A stretch of 58,395 bases of DNA, from IMG/VR virus record IMGVR_UViG_3300033141_005199, positions 1-58,395 of that record. The stretch is one strand, 5' to 3'. Positions 9,671-19,090 of this stretch are shown piece by piece. A program made the translations under genes and the position numbers. How positions within the stretch are numbered: the stretch's first letter is position 1; every line of letters starts with the position of its first letter. This stretch comes from a virus. Lineage: Duplodnaviria > Caudoviricetes. The notes under the pieces are model-generated. The model was not told where the DNA came from and searched no databases. It saw only the letters and a list, made by a program, of their open reading frames with translations.

Positions 9671-9922
9671 GTGATGGTTGAGAAGGAAGTACTCTGTGAA
9701 GCCGTGGACATGGTTAAGAAGTATCTGATGTACCTTGACGGGAGGGCGGAGGAGTGGGGTGTAAGGGAGTCAGGGTACACTACGGTTGTGGACGGTGAGC
9801 TACGTAACGTGGTGGTTAACTGGGTTCCCAGCGGGTTAAAGGATGAAATGGTTTTCGCCGAGGACGAGTTAAAGCACTGGGAGCAGATGTTGGAAACGGC
9901 AGATAAGCAGTCACAAGGATAA
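9671..9922 (+). CDS. Hypothetical protein
   Basis: TATA (TTTATAAG) about 30 nt upstream; coupled to the next gene. Confidence 0.65.
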   Translation: MMVEKEVLCEAVDMVKKYLMYLDGRAEEWGVRESGYTTVVDGELRNVVVNWVPSGLKDEMVFAEDELKHWEQMLETADKQSQG

Positions 9923-10674
9923 TGTTTTTAAACACTGGCACCCATACAGTAGACATGGATACCCCTGAAGTAGACATAGTTGTTGACACCCGTGAAAAAT
10001 ATAAACAAGTATTCGTCGAAGCACTGGCTCGGAGCGGAGCCTCAGTTATCGTCGAGAAGCTACCTGTAGGCGACTTCATAGTTAACGGGCACACGGATAA
10101 AGACGCTATCCTGGTTGAGCGTAAGACGGCGAGCGACTTCCTCGGAAGCATAGAGGGCGTCAAGGATAAGGCTACAGGGGTGTGGCGTGAGGGGCGTATA
10201 TGGGATCAGGTTAGGCGAATGCGGGAAACAGGGCTACGCTCATACATATTGATAGAGGGTAACATCTACAATAGAAAGCTGTCAACATATAGGCGTAAGG
10301 GGTTTGACAAGCATAGAATATGGGGGTGCCTAGAGGGTCTACGTGAATTAGGCGTCAGAATCCACTTCGTCAAGAACAAAGCTGAGACCGTGGAGTGGCT
10401 AACCTACCTGTCAAGCAGGCAGAAGCGCCCTAAGAAGCTCTACAGCCTACGGGTATCCGCCCCACACACGATGACGATGGAGCAGAAGCAAATGTATCTA
10501 CTTCAGGGGTTCCCGGGTGTAGGCCCGAAGACGTCTAAGGCTATTCTTGAGCACTATGGGTGTCTGGAGTCTGCGTTGCGTGATGTGCGTAACTGGTCTA
10601 GTATACGTGGTGTCGGCTCTAGGACTGCGTTGGAGGCTGAGAAGCTGCTGAAGCATCGCTGGGGGAAGCCTTAA
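9922..10674 (+). CDS. XPF/ERCC4-family structure-specific endonuclease with HhH motifs
   Basis: VDTRE, LPVGDF, VERKT..DF; C-terminal FPGVGPK and RGVG. Confidence 0.92.
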   Translation: MFLNTGTHTVDMDTPEVDIVVDTREKYKQVFVEALARSGASVIVEKLPVGDFIVNGHTDKDAILVERKTASDFLGSIEGVKDKATGVWREGRIWDQVRRMRETGLRSYILIEGNIYNRKLSTYRRKGFDKHRIWGCLEGLRELGVRIHFVKNKAETVEWLTYLSSRQKRPKKLYSLRVSAPHTMTMEQKQMYLLQGFPGVGPKTSKAILEHYGCLESALRDVRNWSSIRGVGSRTALEAEKLLKHRWGKP

Positions 10675-10678
10675 ATAC

Positions 10679-11176
10679 TTGGCTACATTATCTATGCTTG
10701 TGTTAAACCATATACGATTGGCACCTGTCAAGATATATGCGTATGCGGTGAGTGTGTTGACTGGGAGACGCGGTAAATATAGTGAACTCAGCTGGGTTAC
10801 GGACAGGTTGGCGGTGGGGGACATAGCTCTATCAGATAACCCTCAGCTGGCTAGGGGGGAGAACGTAGACTACGTGCTGGATGTACGCCACCTATTCACA
10901 GAGGATATGGGGTTACGGGTAGAGAAGGCGGATAGGTTCGCGGATGGAGTGGCGATGCTTCTTGGCGCTGGGTACAGGGTTGCCCTTCACTGCTATGGCG
11001 GGATAGATCGTAGCCCATTCATAGCTGCGATGATTTTAGCCAAGCACATGGATATTAGCCTTGAGTCAGCTTATAACTTAGTGCTGAGGAAAAGAGTTAT
11101 CGCATTCAGGCACCCTGAGTGGATTAGGGTTACTGAGCAATTCTACGATTACTGGGACGTTGTGGATAATAGTTAA
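10679..11176 (+). CDS. Second dual-specificity/tyrosine phosphatase-family protein
   Basis: WVTDRLAVG, ALHCYGGIDRSPFIAA; true start may be slightly downstream. Confidence 0.85.
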   Translation: MATLSMLVLNHIRLAPVKIYAYAVSVLTGRRGKYSELSWVTDRLAVGDIALSDNPQLARGENVDYVLDVRHLFTEDMGLRVEKADRFADGVAMLLGAGYRVALHCYGGIDRSPFIAAMILAKHMDISLESAYNLVLRKRVIAFRHPEWIRVTEQFYDYWDVVDNS

Positions 11177-11181
11177 TTTCT

Positions 11182-11541
11182 TTAAAAAAGCTCTAGGTAT
11201 CCGTCTTCCTTGACGGCGCGCTCTAGGAGCTCAATCCATTTATCATATTTATCCTTCATATGCTGGTTGTCACCGAAGACGTTGAACACCTTACCCCTAT
11301 ATTTCTTGAAGTCTCTGAGAAGATCCTCCACCTCATATAGTGCTCCCTCACAGTCACTATGGTCTAGGAGTTCATAGAACGGCTCATAACCAGTCCAAGG
11401 AATCTCACCATCATACCCCTCCATCTCATCTAAGTTTATCCCGACGGCTTTAGCTATTCCCTTTCTGAATATGTGGAACCCACTGTAGCTCCCAGCCTTG
11501 AAGCTGTCCACATCCTTGACGAGTCTAACGTCTACCCCCAT
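11182..11541 (-). CDS. Hypothetical virus protein
   Basis: GSYSGFHIFR...LLDHSDCEG motif; own promoter near 11845. Confidence 0.7.
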   Translation of the reverse strand: MGVDVRLVKDVDSFKAGSYSGFHIFRKGIAKAVGINLDEMEGYDGEIPWTGYEPFYELLDHSDCEGALYEVEDLLRDFKKYRGKVFNVFGDNQHMKDKYDKWIELLERAVKEDGYLELF

Positions 11542-11807
11542 CAGCTATCCTCCTCTATATATGTGTCTTCGCTTGCATCCAAGTTGACGACTTCCGTAAG
11601 CATACGTGATAGCCCCCAGATTAACCCGCTCAACCACTTAACCATGTTCTCCCTCCACTCCGCCAAGTTACCAGCGTTATACGTCTCCATATACCCGTCT
11701 GTGAGATCCACATCATATATGAATTCTACGGCATCTATCTTTTTATCGAATTCCTTTACGACGTTGCACTCGTTCCACTCAACCATTTTCACATTTTTAC
11801 CCAACAC
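11541..11807 (-). CDS. Hypothetical protein
   Basis: Coupled to the downstream ORF. Confidence 0.65.
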   Translation of the reverse strand: MLGKNVKMVEWNECNVVKEFDKKIDAVEFIYDVDLTDGYMETYNAGNLAEWRENMVKWLSGLIWGLSRMLTEVVNLDASEDTYIEEDS

Positions 11808-11910
11808 TATTCACCATGTTCACTTGAGTAGAGGTATATTAACTATTTAAACATTGCCCTTTCACACACCGTAATAAAGTTAATAAACATCAAAACAGCT
11901 ATATATACCT

Positions 11911-12609
11911 ATGAGTGACAACCTAGATGATACAAGTTTCAACAACGTGGTAAGCCTCCTAGAAGACCTCAGCATACGGGTCGGGGAGCTAGAGGCGAAG
12001 TGCAGTAAACTGGAGAACCTGCTCAGCTTCGAGCAAGGCGTAACAGACACACTTACAGCCAGTCAACCCACCCCCCAGCCAACGCAGGGTAAGCCAGTTG
12101 ACCCGTTGTACGACTACCCGCCCACAGTCGACGAGCTACGGCTAGCAATAGACGGCTTCGACAAGCTATTCGACTACATGGAGGACGGGCAGAGCGTAAA
12201 ACCGAAGACGTGGCTAGGCGACCAGTGGAACGAGTACAATGAGATAATGATGAGCCACGGCTACGGGTGGAAGAGCAGCGGCAAAGCCAGCAGATGGGTG
12301 TTCGGATACGTTAAAGAGGACGCAGGTGAAGCACAAGTGAAGCTGGGGCAGCCTAACGACCTCGGCGTAGATGAGATACGGTGGAGCGTGAAGGTAGACG
12401 GCAAAATAGTTGAGGCACGTCCAGGCGAGAAAGCGTGGGCGTTCGTCAAAGCCTACGACAGGAATAAGCGTGCGTCAACTGACAGACCGAAGAAGGAGTG
12501 TAAGGCACTATACGAGTACCTGCAGGGCAACAAGGAGTACTGTGACGGCGAATACATATACACGCTGAGCAGAGACGGCGCGTTCTTCTACCGTAAACCA
12601 GTCACCTAG
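11911..12609 (+). CDS. Hypothetical protein sharing N-terminal and middle domains with the SSB-like protein
   Basis: PPTVDEL...VKPKTWLGDQWNEYNEIMMSHGYGW vs PPTLDKL...VKPLRFLGDCWSEIDQKLTAWGYRW. Confidence 0.75.
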   Translation: MSDNLDDTSFNNVVSLLEDLSIRVGELEAKCSKLENLLSFEQGVTDTLTASQPTPQPTQGKPVDPLYDYPPTVDELRLAIDGFDKLFDYMEDGQSVKPKTWLGDQWNEYNEIMMSHGYGWKSSGKASRWVFGYVKEDAGEAQVKLGQPNDLGVDEIRWSVKVDGKIVEARPGEKAWAFVKAYDRNKRASTDRPKKECKALYEYLQGNKEYCDGEYIYTLSRDGAFFYRKPVT

Positions 12610-12622
12610 GAGGCGTATAGCG

Positions 12623-12868
12623 GTGCTCTCCATCCCAGTAAGTGACCCACGTGTACTGCCTGTTAAGCGGACACGTGACGGCAGGAGGCCTCGATGCCCT
12701 ATATGCGGGAAGCCTATGTGGAGCTGTAATAACCGTAAGGGTAATACGCTGTATGAGTGCCGTACGTCTCCTGACCGGTGTCTGTTGATTGAGGGTAACT
12801 GGATGAAGCGTGAAGACCTGCTTATTAATATTCACTATGAGGCTACGCCTATGCTGGAGGACGAGTAG
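12623..12868 (+). CDS. Small Zn-ribbon protein
   Basis: CPICG...YECRTSPDRC. Confidence 0.65.
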   Translation: MLSIPVSDPRVLPVKRTRDGRRPRCPICGKPMWSCNNRKGNTLYECRTSPDRCLLIEGNWMKREDLLINIHYEATPMLEDE

Positions 12869-13084
12869 ATGGTGGGAACCGATGGCTACCCTGAGTGGAT
12901 GAGTCTTCCTGTGGAGATGTGGCGTGACGGGGATGTGCTTGACTACGTTAAAAACCATAGGGGTGCGGTGCGTTGCGGTAAATGCGGATCCACCAGAGTC
13001 GTGATGCGTGGTAATGTCTATACTTGCCGTGACTGTGACTACACGTGGGTTGAACCCACAGAGCCGTGTAATCACAAAACTTAA
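12869..13084 (+). CDS. Small Zn-ribbon protein
   Basis: CGKCGS...YTCRDCDYTW. Confidence 0.7.
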   Translation: MVGTDGYPEWMSLPVEMWRDGDVLDYVKNHRGAVRCGKCGSTRVVMRGNVYTCRDCDYTWVEPTEPCNHKT

Positions 13085-13120
13085 ATACTCTTCGCACACC
13101 CTCCATGTTGATGAAAGATG
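13071..13120 (+). promoter_or_regulatory. Duplicated BRE-TATA promoter (copy 1)
   Basis: ATCACAAAACTTAAATACT...ATGTTGAT resembles 13393-13440 ATCACAAAGCTTAAATACT...ATGTTGAT. Confidence 0.75.
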
Positions 13121-13378
13121 AATGAAACATTTTTAGTTGTGTTGACGCTGATGGCGTCGATGTTCGTGATTGGCGTGTATGCTGGACGTAACAGTTGCGG
13201 AGACGATGATTGGAAGATCACACACACGGAGACGGCTAAGTTAGAGAGTTGTATGCTGATGCTGGATGAGAGGATTAACGTAATGGAGAAAAACTATGCG
13301 AGTCTGGTGACGCGGTTTAATAGGGTTTCATCTAACCTATATGAGAAAATCGACGAGATAGAGAAAAAAATAGGGTAG
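13118..13378 (+). CDS. Membrane-anchored coiled-coil protein
   Basis: N-terminal hydrophobic helix followed by heptad pattern. Confidence 0.65.
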   Translation: MNETFLVVLTLMASMFVIGVYAGRNSCGDDDWKITHTETAKLESCMLMLDERINVMEKNYASLVTRFNRVSSNLYEKIDEIEKKIG

Positions 13379-13392
13379 GGTGAAGCAGAGTG

Positions 13393-13440
13393 ATCACAAA
13401 GCTTAAATACTTTCCAAACGTTCTCTATGTTGATATGTGA
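13393..13440 (+). promoter_or_regulatory. Duplicated BRE-TATA promoter (copy 2)
   Basis: AAAGCTTAAATA; a close motif also occurs at about 4720(-), 10667(+), 20495(-), 22360(-), 25570(-), 50940(-), 53660(-) and 55275(-). Confidence 0.75.
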
Positions 13441-14300
13441 TGAGTTTACCTTACGGTTATTTTAGATGCGTGGTTACGCGTGACGGGGAGGCTTTATGGC
13501 TGAAAAACAGTATGCACTGCGACAAGATAATGGACGCATATATGTCGGTTATCGACGACTACGATGGATACGCTGGTAGAACATATATATGTCTCCGAGT
13601 TGAGCCCAAGCACTACGGCGACATAACTAGGGATCAAAGTGACTGGGTGGTTAAACCCGTTGCACGCTCGCCGCCAAAGTGGTATCTGGATGCCCAAGAC
13701 GACTATAATGAGGCTGCGTGGGGTGCGTGGAGGGAAAGCGTGAAGGAAAACCTGGTGCTAAGCGGGGAAAATAAATCCTTCTCCGATAAATACGTAGCGG
13801 TGTTCGGGGACGGCTTCGCTAAAGTATATGGCACCGCTATTGTTGAGAGCAGGTGGAAGTCAACTGTGTTGGCATATGATAGATCAAAAGTCTACGCATA
13901 TGATCGTTCCGTCGTCAAGCTCCACGGTAACGCTGTAGCCGTCGCCCGTAACAAGTCTAAGGTGTTTGCAAACCATTATAGCTTTGTACGTGCAAGCGAT
14001 GAATCAGAGATATGGGCTGTCGGCAAGTCTGTGGTTGAGGCAAACGGTAATGTGACTGTTAAGGCGCATCTAACCTCCACTGTGTTTGCGGATGGCTACG
14101 CAAAGGTTAACGCATTCGAGTACGCGACAGTGTATCTGCAAGGTAAGGCGAAGGCTGAGGCGCATGATAACTCAACTGTGGTAGCGTTAAGCGGTAACGA
14201 TGTGTCTCTGCATAGTCACCACGCTGTTCTCCGCCGCGATGGGTATATCTATATGAATGACCCAAGAATGGTTGAGCCTTTCCTAGTTGACGAGGTGTAA
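13437..14300 (+). CDS. Protein with octapeptide (SxVxAxx) beta-solenoid repeats
   Basis: STVLAYDR SKVYAYDR SVVKLHGN AVAVARNK SKVFANHY... Confidence 0.7.
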   Translation: MMSLPYGYFRCVVTRDGEALWLKNSMHCDKIMDAYMSVIDDYDGYAGRTYICLRVEPKHYGDITRDQSDWVVKPVARSPPKWYLDAQDDYNEAAWGAWRESVKENLVLSGENKSFSDKYVAVFGDGFAKVYGTAIVESRWKSTVLAYDRSKVYAYDRSVVKLHGNAVAVARNKSKVFANHYSFVRASDESEIWAVGKSVVEANGNVTVKAHLTSTVFADGYAKVNAFEYATVYLQGKAKAEAHDNSTVVALSGNDVSLHSHHAVLRRDGYIYMNDPRMVEPFLVDEV

Positions 14301-14305
14301 TTAAA

Positions 14306-15151
14306 CTGATATGGGTAAAATACCCTGACCTAGAGCCCTATAAGAGACTGCGTTTTGAGGGTCGTGAACTCCTAGGGGAACACATTACACTCACAGAGAA
14401 ACGTGATGGTGAAAATGTCTCACTGTGGCTCAACTGTGACGGCGAGGTTATGATCTCAAGTAGAAACCAAGAAGTGGCTTCTAATGATATACAGAATAGG
14501 ATGAAGTCGACGCCGGAGTATAATAAGGTTGTTGAGTTGCTTAACGACAAGGATTATGGGAGAATCATATTCTACGGAGAGTTACTAAAAAAGGTTTCAC
14601 CAACCAGGCTAGAGCCTCGGCGAAAACACATACACTGGATACTGTTCGACATGTACGACGTGGAGGACAATAGATTCATGCCATACAGCTATGTATACCA
14701 GACAGCGTACCATTTTAAGATACCTGTGGTGAGGCTCGTAGATGAGTTCATCCCATCCAGCCTAGATGATCTGCAGAGCCACATAGATGAGGCGCTGAAA
14801 TGGTGTAAGCGTCATAGGCGTGAGGGAGTAGTCGGTAAGACGTACTACGTGAAGGAGCAAGTATTCTTCAAGGAGAAGGTTGATCTACCGAAGCGGAAAA
14901 AATTGAGGAAGGATAGCGTACAAGTCCTTCTCCCAGAGATGCCGGAGGAGAAGATAATCCGTGCGATGCAACACGCATTCGATGTGGTTGGAGAAGAGAA
15001 CTGGCATGACAAAGCTAAAGCCATGCCTATAGTCGCAAGATATGTTTCAACGGAGGCTAGGGAGCATCGATACAGACCACCGAGCAATATATATAGATAC
15101 TACGTTGACACCCCGATCGAAGTGTTGAAGCTAGGTAGCCATAAGTCTTAA
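14306..15151 (+). CDS. ATP-dependent RNA ligase-family nucleotidyltransferase (start codon apparently non-canonical)
   Basis: In-frame extension upstream of ATG 14450 gives KYPDL and motif I TEKRDGEN, then SSRN, FYGE, LFD, REGVV, FKEK. Confidence 0.8.
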   Translation: MIWVKYPDLEPYKRLRFEGRELLGEHITLTEKRDGENVSLWLNCDGEVMISSRNQEVASNDIQNRMKSTPEYNKVVELLNDKDYGRIIFYGELLKKVSPTRLEPRRKHIHWILFDMYDVEDNRFMPYSYVYQTAYHFKIPVVRLVDEFIPSSLDDLQSHIDEALKWCKRHRREGVVGKTYYVKEQVFFKEKVDLPKRKKLRKDSVQVLLPEMPEEKIIRAMQHAFDVVGEENWHDKAKAMPIVARYVSTEAREHRYRPPSNIYRYYVDTPIEVLKLGSHKS

Positions 15152-15190
15152 ATATGTGTTAGGTGCAGTGTTAGGTGGAGGAAACATGTT

Positions 15191-15505
15191 ATGAGTAGTG
15201 GGTTAGAGAAGCCGAAGTACGTTAAGGTCAGTAACCTTGTGGAGGCTAACAAACTCGTAGAGGAGGGGTATAGTCTACGGTGCCCAATAGTGTACACCTA
15301 TCATAGTAGTACTACGGGTAGGATTGAGACTGACGTCGAGTACCTGATGAGCCTCAGGGAGGATGGGAAGTATGATAACGTGGAGAAGTTTAGGAAGGTG
15401 CCGATAACCGCTGAGGAGCAGGGTGTCCCTGATGGCTGGGAGATTATTCACCATACGAGTAAAGAGATGATACTGGTTAAGCGTAGAGAGGAGGCTAAGA
15501 CGTGA
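15191..15505 (+). CDS. Hypothetical protein
   Basis: Promoter CTTAAATA near 15147 and GGAGG upstream. Confidence 0.7.
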   Translation: MSSGLEKPKYVKVSNLVEANKLVEEGYSLRCPIVYTYHSSTTGRIETDVEYLMSLREDGKYDNVEKFRKVPITAEEQGVPDGWEIIHHTSKEMILVKRREEAKT

Positions 15506-15656
15506 CGGATATGAGGCAAAACCATCCAACACCTGACCTGAAAACCTTGAAGAATATGCTCATGCGGGAGCTGATGCTAAACGGTGTCACTACATGTTGG
15601 TATTGTGGAGCCATGAGGGAACGCAAGGTAACTAGTGGGCAAGAGGAGGCTGAGGC

Positions 15657-16004
15657 GTGATGAAAACCGCGTATAAGGAGTTAATGGAATATCTCCAAGA
15701 GGATGAACATGTCGAGGCAATAATATTCGGGGATTTTGGCTGGGGGGGAGATAGGGAACCTGAGCCTCATCCAGTGCCTCATGATAAATTCGGTAAGATA
15801 TTGACAATGGAGCAGGCTGAACCATACCTCAAGGACGGTCGGTGGCGATTCTACGGTCGCTATAATTCCCCTAGGTGCTACGCTGTCAGAATATGGACAA
15901 ATAAACGGGTACTGTGGGTTAGTGAATATGATGGATGGACGTGCCTTAACTCAGCTCCGTTGAAGCCTATTGATGGCTATATTCCAGACATGCCTGGGGG
16001 GTGA
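15657..16004 (+). CDS. Hypothetical virus protein
   Basis: IWTNKRVLWVSEYDG motif; operon context. Confidence 0.7.
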   Translation: MMKTAYKELMEYLQEDEHVEAIIFGDFGWGGDREPEPHPVPHDKFGKILTMEQAEPYLKDGRWRFYGRYNSPRCYAVRIWTNKRVLWVSEYDGWTCLNSAPLKPIDGYIPDMPGG

Positions 16005-16010
16005 GACTGG

Positions 16011-16469
16011 GTGAAGAGTGAGTCAGACATCATCTTTATGAAAGATATGTTGGAGAAGTATGCCTCCAGTCACAGGGGCTTGGATAGACTTGTAGCCCAG
16101 ATTAGTGTGAATACGCTGTGCTATGTTCTAGATGAGAAACCTATATATGAGCTTAACGCGGAAGACTGTGAGAAGGTTGACGAGATCATAGGGGATGCTA
16201 GGGGCATCATTAATCTGGTGGATGAAGCGAGGTTCAGAGAGTTCAAGGAGGCGCTTGATAGGAACTTGTACTTCACTGATGAGGGAACACATGTGGACGG
16301 GGTAGTAGTTATCCCTCAGAGTTTCTTCAACATGGTGGAAACATGGTCTGCTATGTGCACGGATCCAAGTGAAGGCGAGGATTATTATAAGAACCCTAGG
16401 GCGATGTTCGTTGCACTGGACTTGATATACCGTCTACTTAATAGTGTAGAGGAGAAAGGCGATGAGTAA
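16011..16469 (+). CDS. Hypothetical protein
   Basis: Operon context. Confidence 0.65.
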   Translation: MKSESDIIFMKDMLEKYASSHRGLDRLVAQISVNTLCYVLDEKPIYELNAEDCEKVDEIIGDARGIINLVDEARFREFKEALDRNLYFTDEGTHVDGVVVIPQSFFNMVETWSAMCTDPSEGEDYYKNPRAMFVALDLIYRLLNSVEEKGDE

Positions 16470-16743
16470 TCTCATTGAAATACGGGAGGAATACGCTGAA
16501 AAACTCGCCGAGCTCCAGAAAAACTGTAGCCACCCAGACACATTCTACGGGTTCCACTGCGACGAGAAACACCAAGCCACAGCTCTCCTATATAAGTATT
16601 GCAGGGTGTGCGGAATGGAGAACATCATATACATTGTGGACGCCCATGAACTCGGCGAAGCCGTGGAGAAGGCTAAGGCTGAGGGTAAGGCTGCGATATG
16701 GATACAGCGGAAGGGTTGGGCACCTTGGAAGCGTGAGGAGTAA
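16462..16743 (+). CDS. Hypothetical protein with CxH...CxxC motif
   Basis: CSHP...CRVCG. Confidence 0.65.
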   Translation: MSNLIEIREEYAEKLAELQKNCSHPDTFYGFHCDEKHQATALLYKYCRVCGMENIIYIVDAHELGEAVEKAKAEGKAAIWIQRKGWAPWKREE

Positions 16744-16744
16744 A

Positions 16745-17035
16745 ATGAGTAGCGAAGACTATGTAGAAAACTTCATAGAAGCCATGCTGAGAAGATACGG
16801 TAAGAGAGCAAGCCATATTACAGTGTCAACTGTGGATGACTACGGGTTAGTCGGTGTTGACACTGTGATGGTTTTAGTGGATAGCGTAGATAAGTGTGAT
16901 GACGGCTACCCGTTGACTCAATGCGGGGAGGCATACGTGTTCCGCACTGGCTGTGACTTGGAGGCATTGTTTCTGCTTCGTAGGGTGTGCGTAACGTTCT
17001 ACGGTTTCTTCGGGGGTATGTCAAAAGATGAGTGA
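16745..17035 (+). CDS. Hypothetical protein (ATG at 16745)
   Basis: 3' part of track ORF 16475-17035; begins right after the preceding stop. Confidence 0.55.
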   Translation: MSSEDYVENFIEAMLRRYGKRASHITVSTVDDYGLVGVDTVMVLVDSVDKCDDGYPLTQCGEAYVFRTGCDLEALFLLRRVCVTFYGFFGGMSKDE

Positions 17036-17744
17036 GTTAGGCGTTAAGGTAGAGTGCTTCGACGACTTGAAGCAACTAGTCATGAAACACTATGAATCAA
17101 AGATGAATGAAAAACTCGGAGAAATGACTATGGGTAATCTACTACGGAAACTAAGCGATGAGACGTATTGGCTCAGGGGGAATATAGGTAATTATACATC
17201 GTCATTCGGAGATGAGAAGTGGAGTGAGTCACTTGACTTGCTTGAACAACTAGCGTTAGTAAGCATCCTAGCTGATGAAGCCTACCGCAGAGTCGCCGAC
17301 GACAGCAACGTTAAAGCATTGGCTGAAACACTGCTAGAGGACGTAGACCCCGCCATATTTAAGCAACAGAGTACAGTGGAGAAGGAGAAGCAGAGCCACG
17401 TCGAAGAGACGGACACACCTCCCCTAGACTCGGAGTGGAGCAGACTCGTCAACATGATTAACGACACGGTTACAGACGCAGAGTGGTTCACCTCAATAGA
17501 CTCAACGGGTTCAATTGACGAACACTACTTGGAGCACCCTGAGAAACTTACACAGAGGATACTTGAAGTCCTCGCTGAGAGCGGATATGTGGATCCCAGC
17601 TTGGACGCTGTGCGTCGCCTCGAAGCCGTTAGGAGGCTGGTTGAGGAGGAGCTACCGCAGGTTCCCATGACGCTTGGCTTCAGGAGGAGGTTCTACGATG
17701 CCACTGGTTTTAAGCCACCTGAGTGGCTGAACAGCGGGGAGTAG
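17028..17744 (+). CDS. Hypothetical protein
   Basis: Operon context. Confidence 0.7.
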   Translation: MSELGVKVECFDDLKQLVMKHYESKMNEKLGEMTMGNLLRKLSDETYWLRGNIGNYTSSFGDEKWSESLDLLEQLALVSILADEAYRRVADDSNVKALAETLLEDVDPAIFKQQSTVEKEKQSHVEETDTPPLDSEWSRLVNMINDTVTDAEWFTSIDSTGSIDEHYLEHPEKLTQRILEVLAESGYVDPSLDAVRRLEAVRRLVEEELPQVPMTLGFRRRFYDATGFKPPEWLNSGE

Positions 17745-17749
17745 TGAAT

Positions 17750-18037
17750 ATGAAGAAAAGCAGACTGATTGAAATTATGAATGAAAAGAAAGAAGAGTCT
17801 AGGGAAACAATTATGGAGTTTATAAACGGGTTGAATGAGAAACTGGCTTCCAGTGGGCAAAGGGAGTTTAATGAACCAGATGATTACCAGTATTTACTTG
17901 ACTTATTTGAATATATATTTGAACACCTCTACGATGTGGTTGGTTCACTTATGATGTGGGCAAGTGCCGAAAACGTTTTGATGGCATTTAAGATAGAGAA
18001 TGATGAGTCACACCAACAACAAGGCGTGGACGGTTGA
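17750..18037 (+). CDS. Hypothetical protein
   Basis: Operon context; AT-richer than neighbours. Confidence 0.6.
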   Translation: MKKSRLIEIMNEKKEESRETIMEFINGLNEKLASSGQREFNEPDDYQYLLDLFEYIFEHLYDVVGSLMMWASAENVLMAFKIENDESHQQQGVDG

Positions 18038-18041
18038 AACA

Positions 18042-18839
18042 ATGTATGAGCGTATCCCACTGCAGGAGCGAGTGAAGACAGTTGAAAGAGTTAAGGAAAA
18101 AATTAGAGAAGAACACAGAGGAGAAGTAATCTACTTAACCATCTCAGGCTCACACCTATACGGCGTCCCGTCAAAAGACTCAGACATAGATTACCGCGGC
18201 GCATTTATAACTGGGACGGAAAACCTGCTAGGCCTCTTCAGGAAAAACGATGTTATATCTCTGAAGCCTGACATCGTGGTGTTTGAGGTAGCGAAGGAGC
18301 TCAGCCTGGCGGTTAAGGGGAACTGTAATGTTCTTGAACACATCTTCTCGGAGCCAATCTACGCTACGAGTGACTACTTGGAGATGAGGTCAATTATGGC
18401 TAACTCGTTGCCGAGGAACGGGTTATATGAGTCGTATCGTGGGATGGCGTATCACAACTACCATAAGTTTATTGAGAGCGGGAGGAATCGTAGCGTGAAG
18501 AAGTACCTCTACGTTGTCAGAGGTTTGATGGCTGGCATATATGTGTTGGAGACGGGTAGAGTGGAGCCGAGCCTCTTTAAGCTAAACAGTTACTTCGGGT
18601 ATCCGGTGGTTGATGTGTTGAGGGAGGCGAAGACAAGCGGTGTTCTAAGCAATGAAGCCTCTAAGTTAATTGAAAAAGGATGCGTTGATGAGACGATAAC
18701 CATACTGTTTGACAGGATAGATGACGCATACTCTGAGTCCAGTCTTCAAGACGAGGTGGATGAGAACACTGTTGATAGGTTGAATGAGTGGTTGGTGAAT
18801 CTGAGGAAAAGATTAATAGGGGATGTGGCGGATGAATAA
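18042..18839 (+). CDS. Pol-beta superfamily nucleotidyltransferase, RlaP/Nuc-transf (PF10127)-like
   Basis: ISGSHLYGVPSKDSDIDYRG, KGNCNVLE, KKYLYVVR. Confidence 0.85.
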   Translation: MYERIPLQERVKTVERVKEKIREEHRGEVIYLTISGSHLYGVPSKDSDIDYRGAFITGTENLLGLFRKNDVISLKPDIVVFEVAKELSLAVKGNCNVLEHIFSEPIYATSDYLEMRSIMANSLPRNGLYESYRGMAYHNYHKFIESGRNRSVKKYLYVVRGLMAGIYVLETGRVEPSLFKLNSYFGYPVVDVLREAKTSGVLSNEASKLIEKGCVDETITILFDRIDDAYSESSLQDEVDENTVDRLNEWLVNLRKRLIGDVADE

Positions 18840-19090
18840 CTGTGATGAGGCAAATGAGGAGGCTGAGTATTCATGGCTGGGTGTCCATTCATGGAGGGTT
18901 GGAGGAACAAGGCTGGCTGGCTCATAACCGAGGACGGTAGGCTTGTGTGCCTTGACTGGGATGAGTATTGTACCCTGTGCATGGTGGATGACAGCAGGGA
19001 TTATGTGTTCGCAGTCAACGGAGACGAGGCGTAGCATCCCCTAGCGGAAACAACCCTAAGATTTATATATTACCGTATCATATTTCTACT

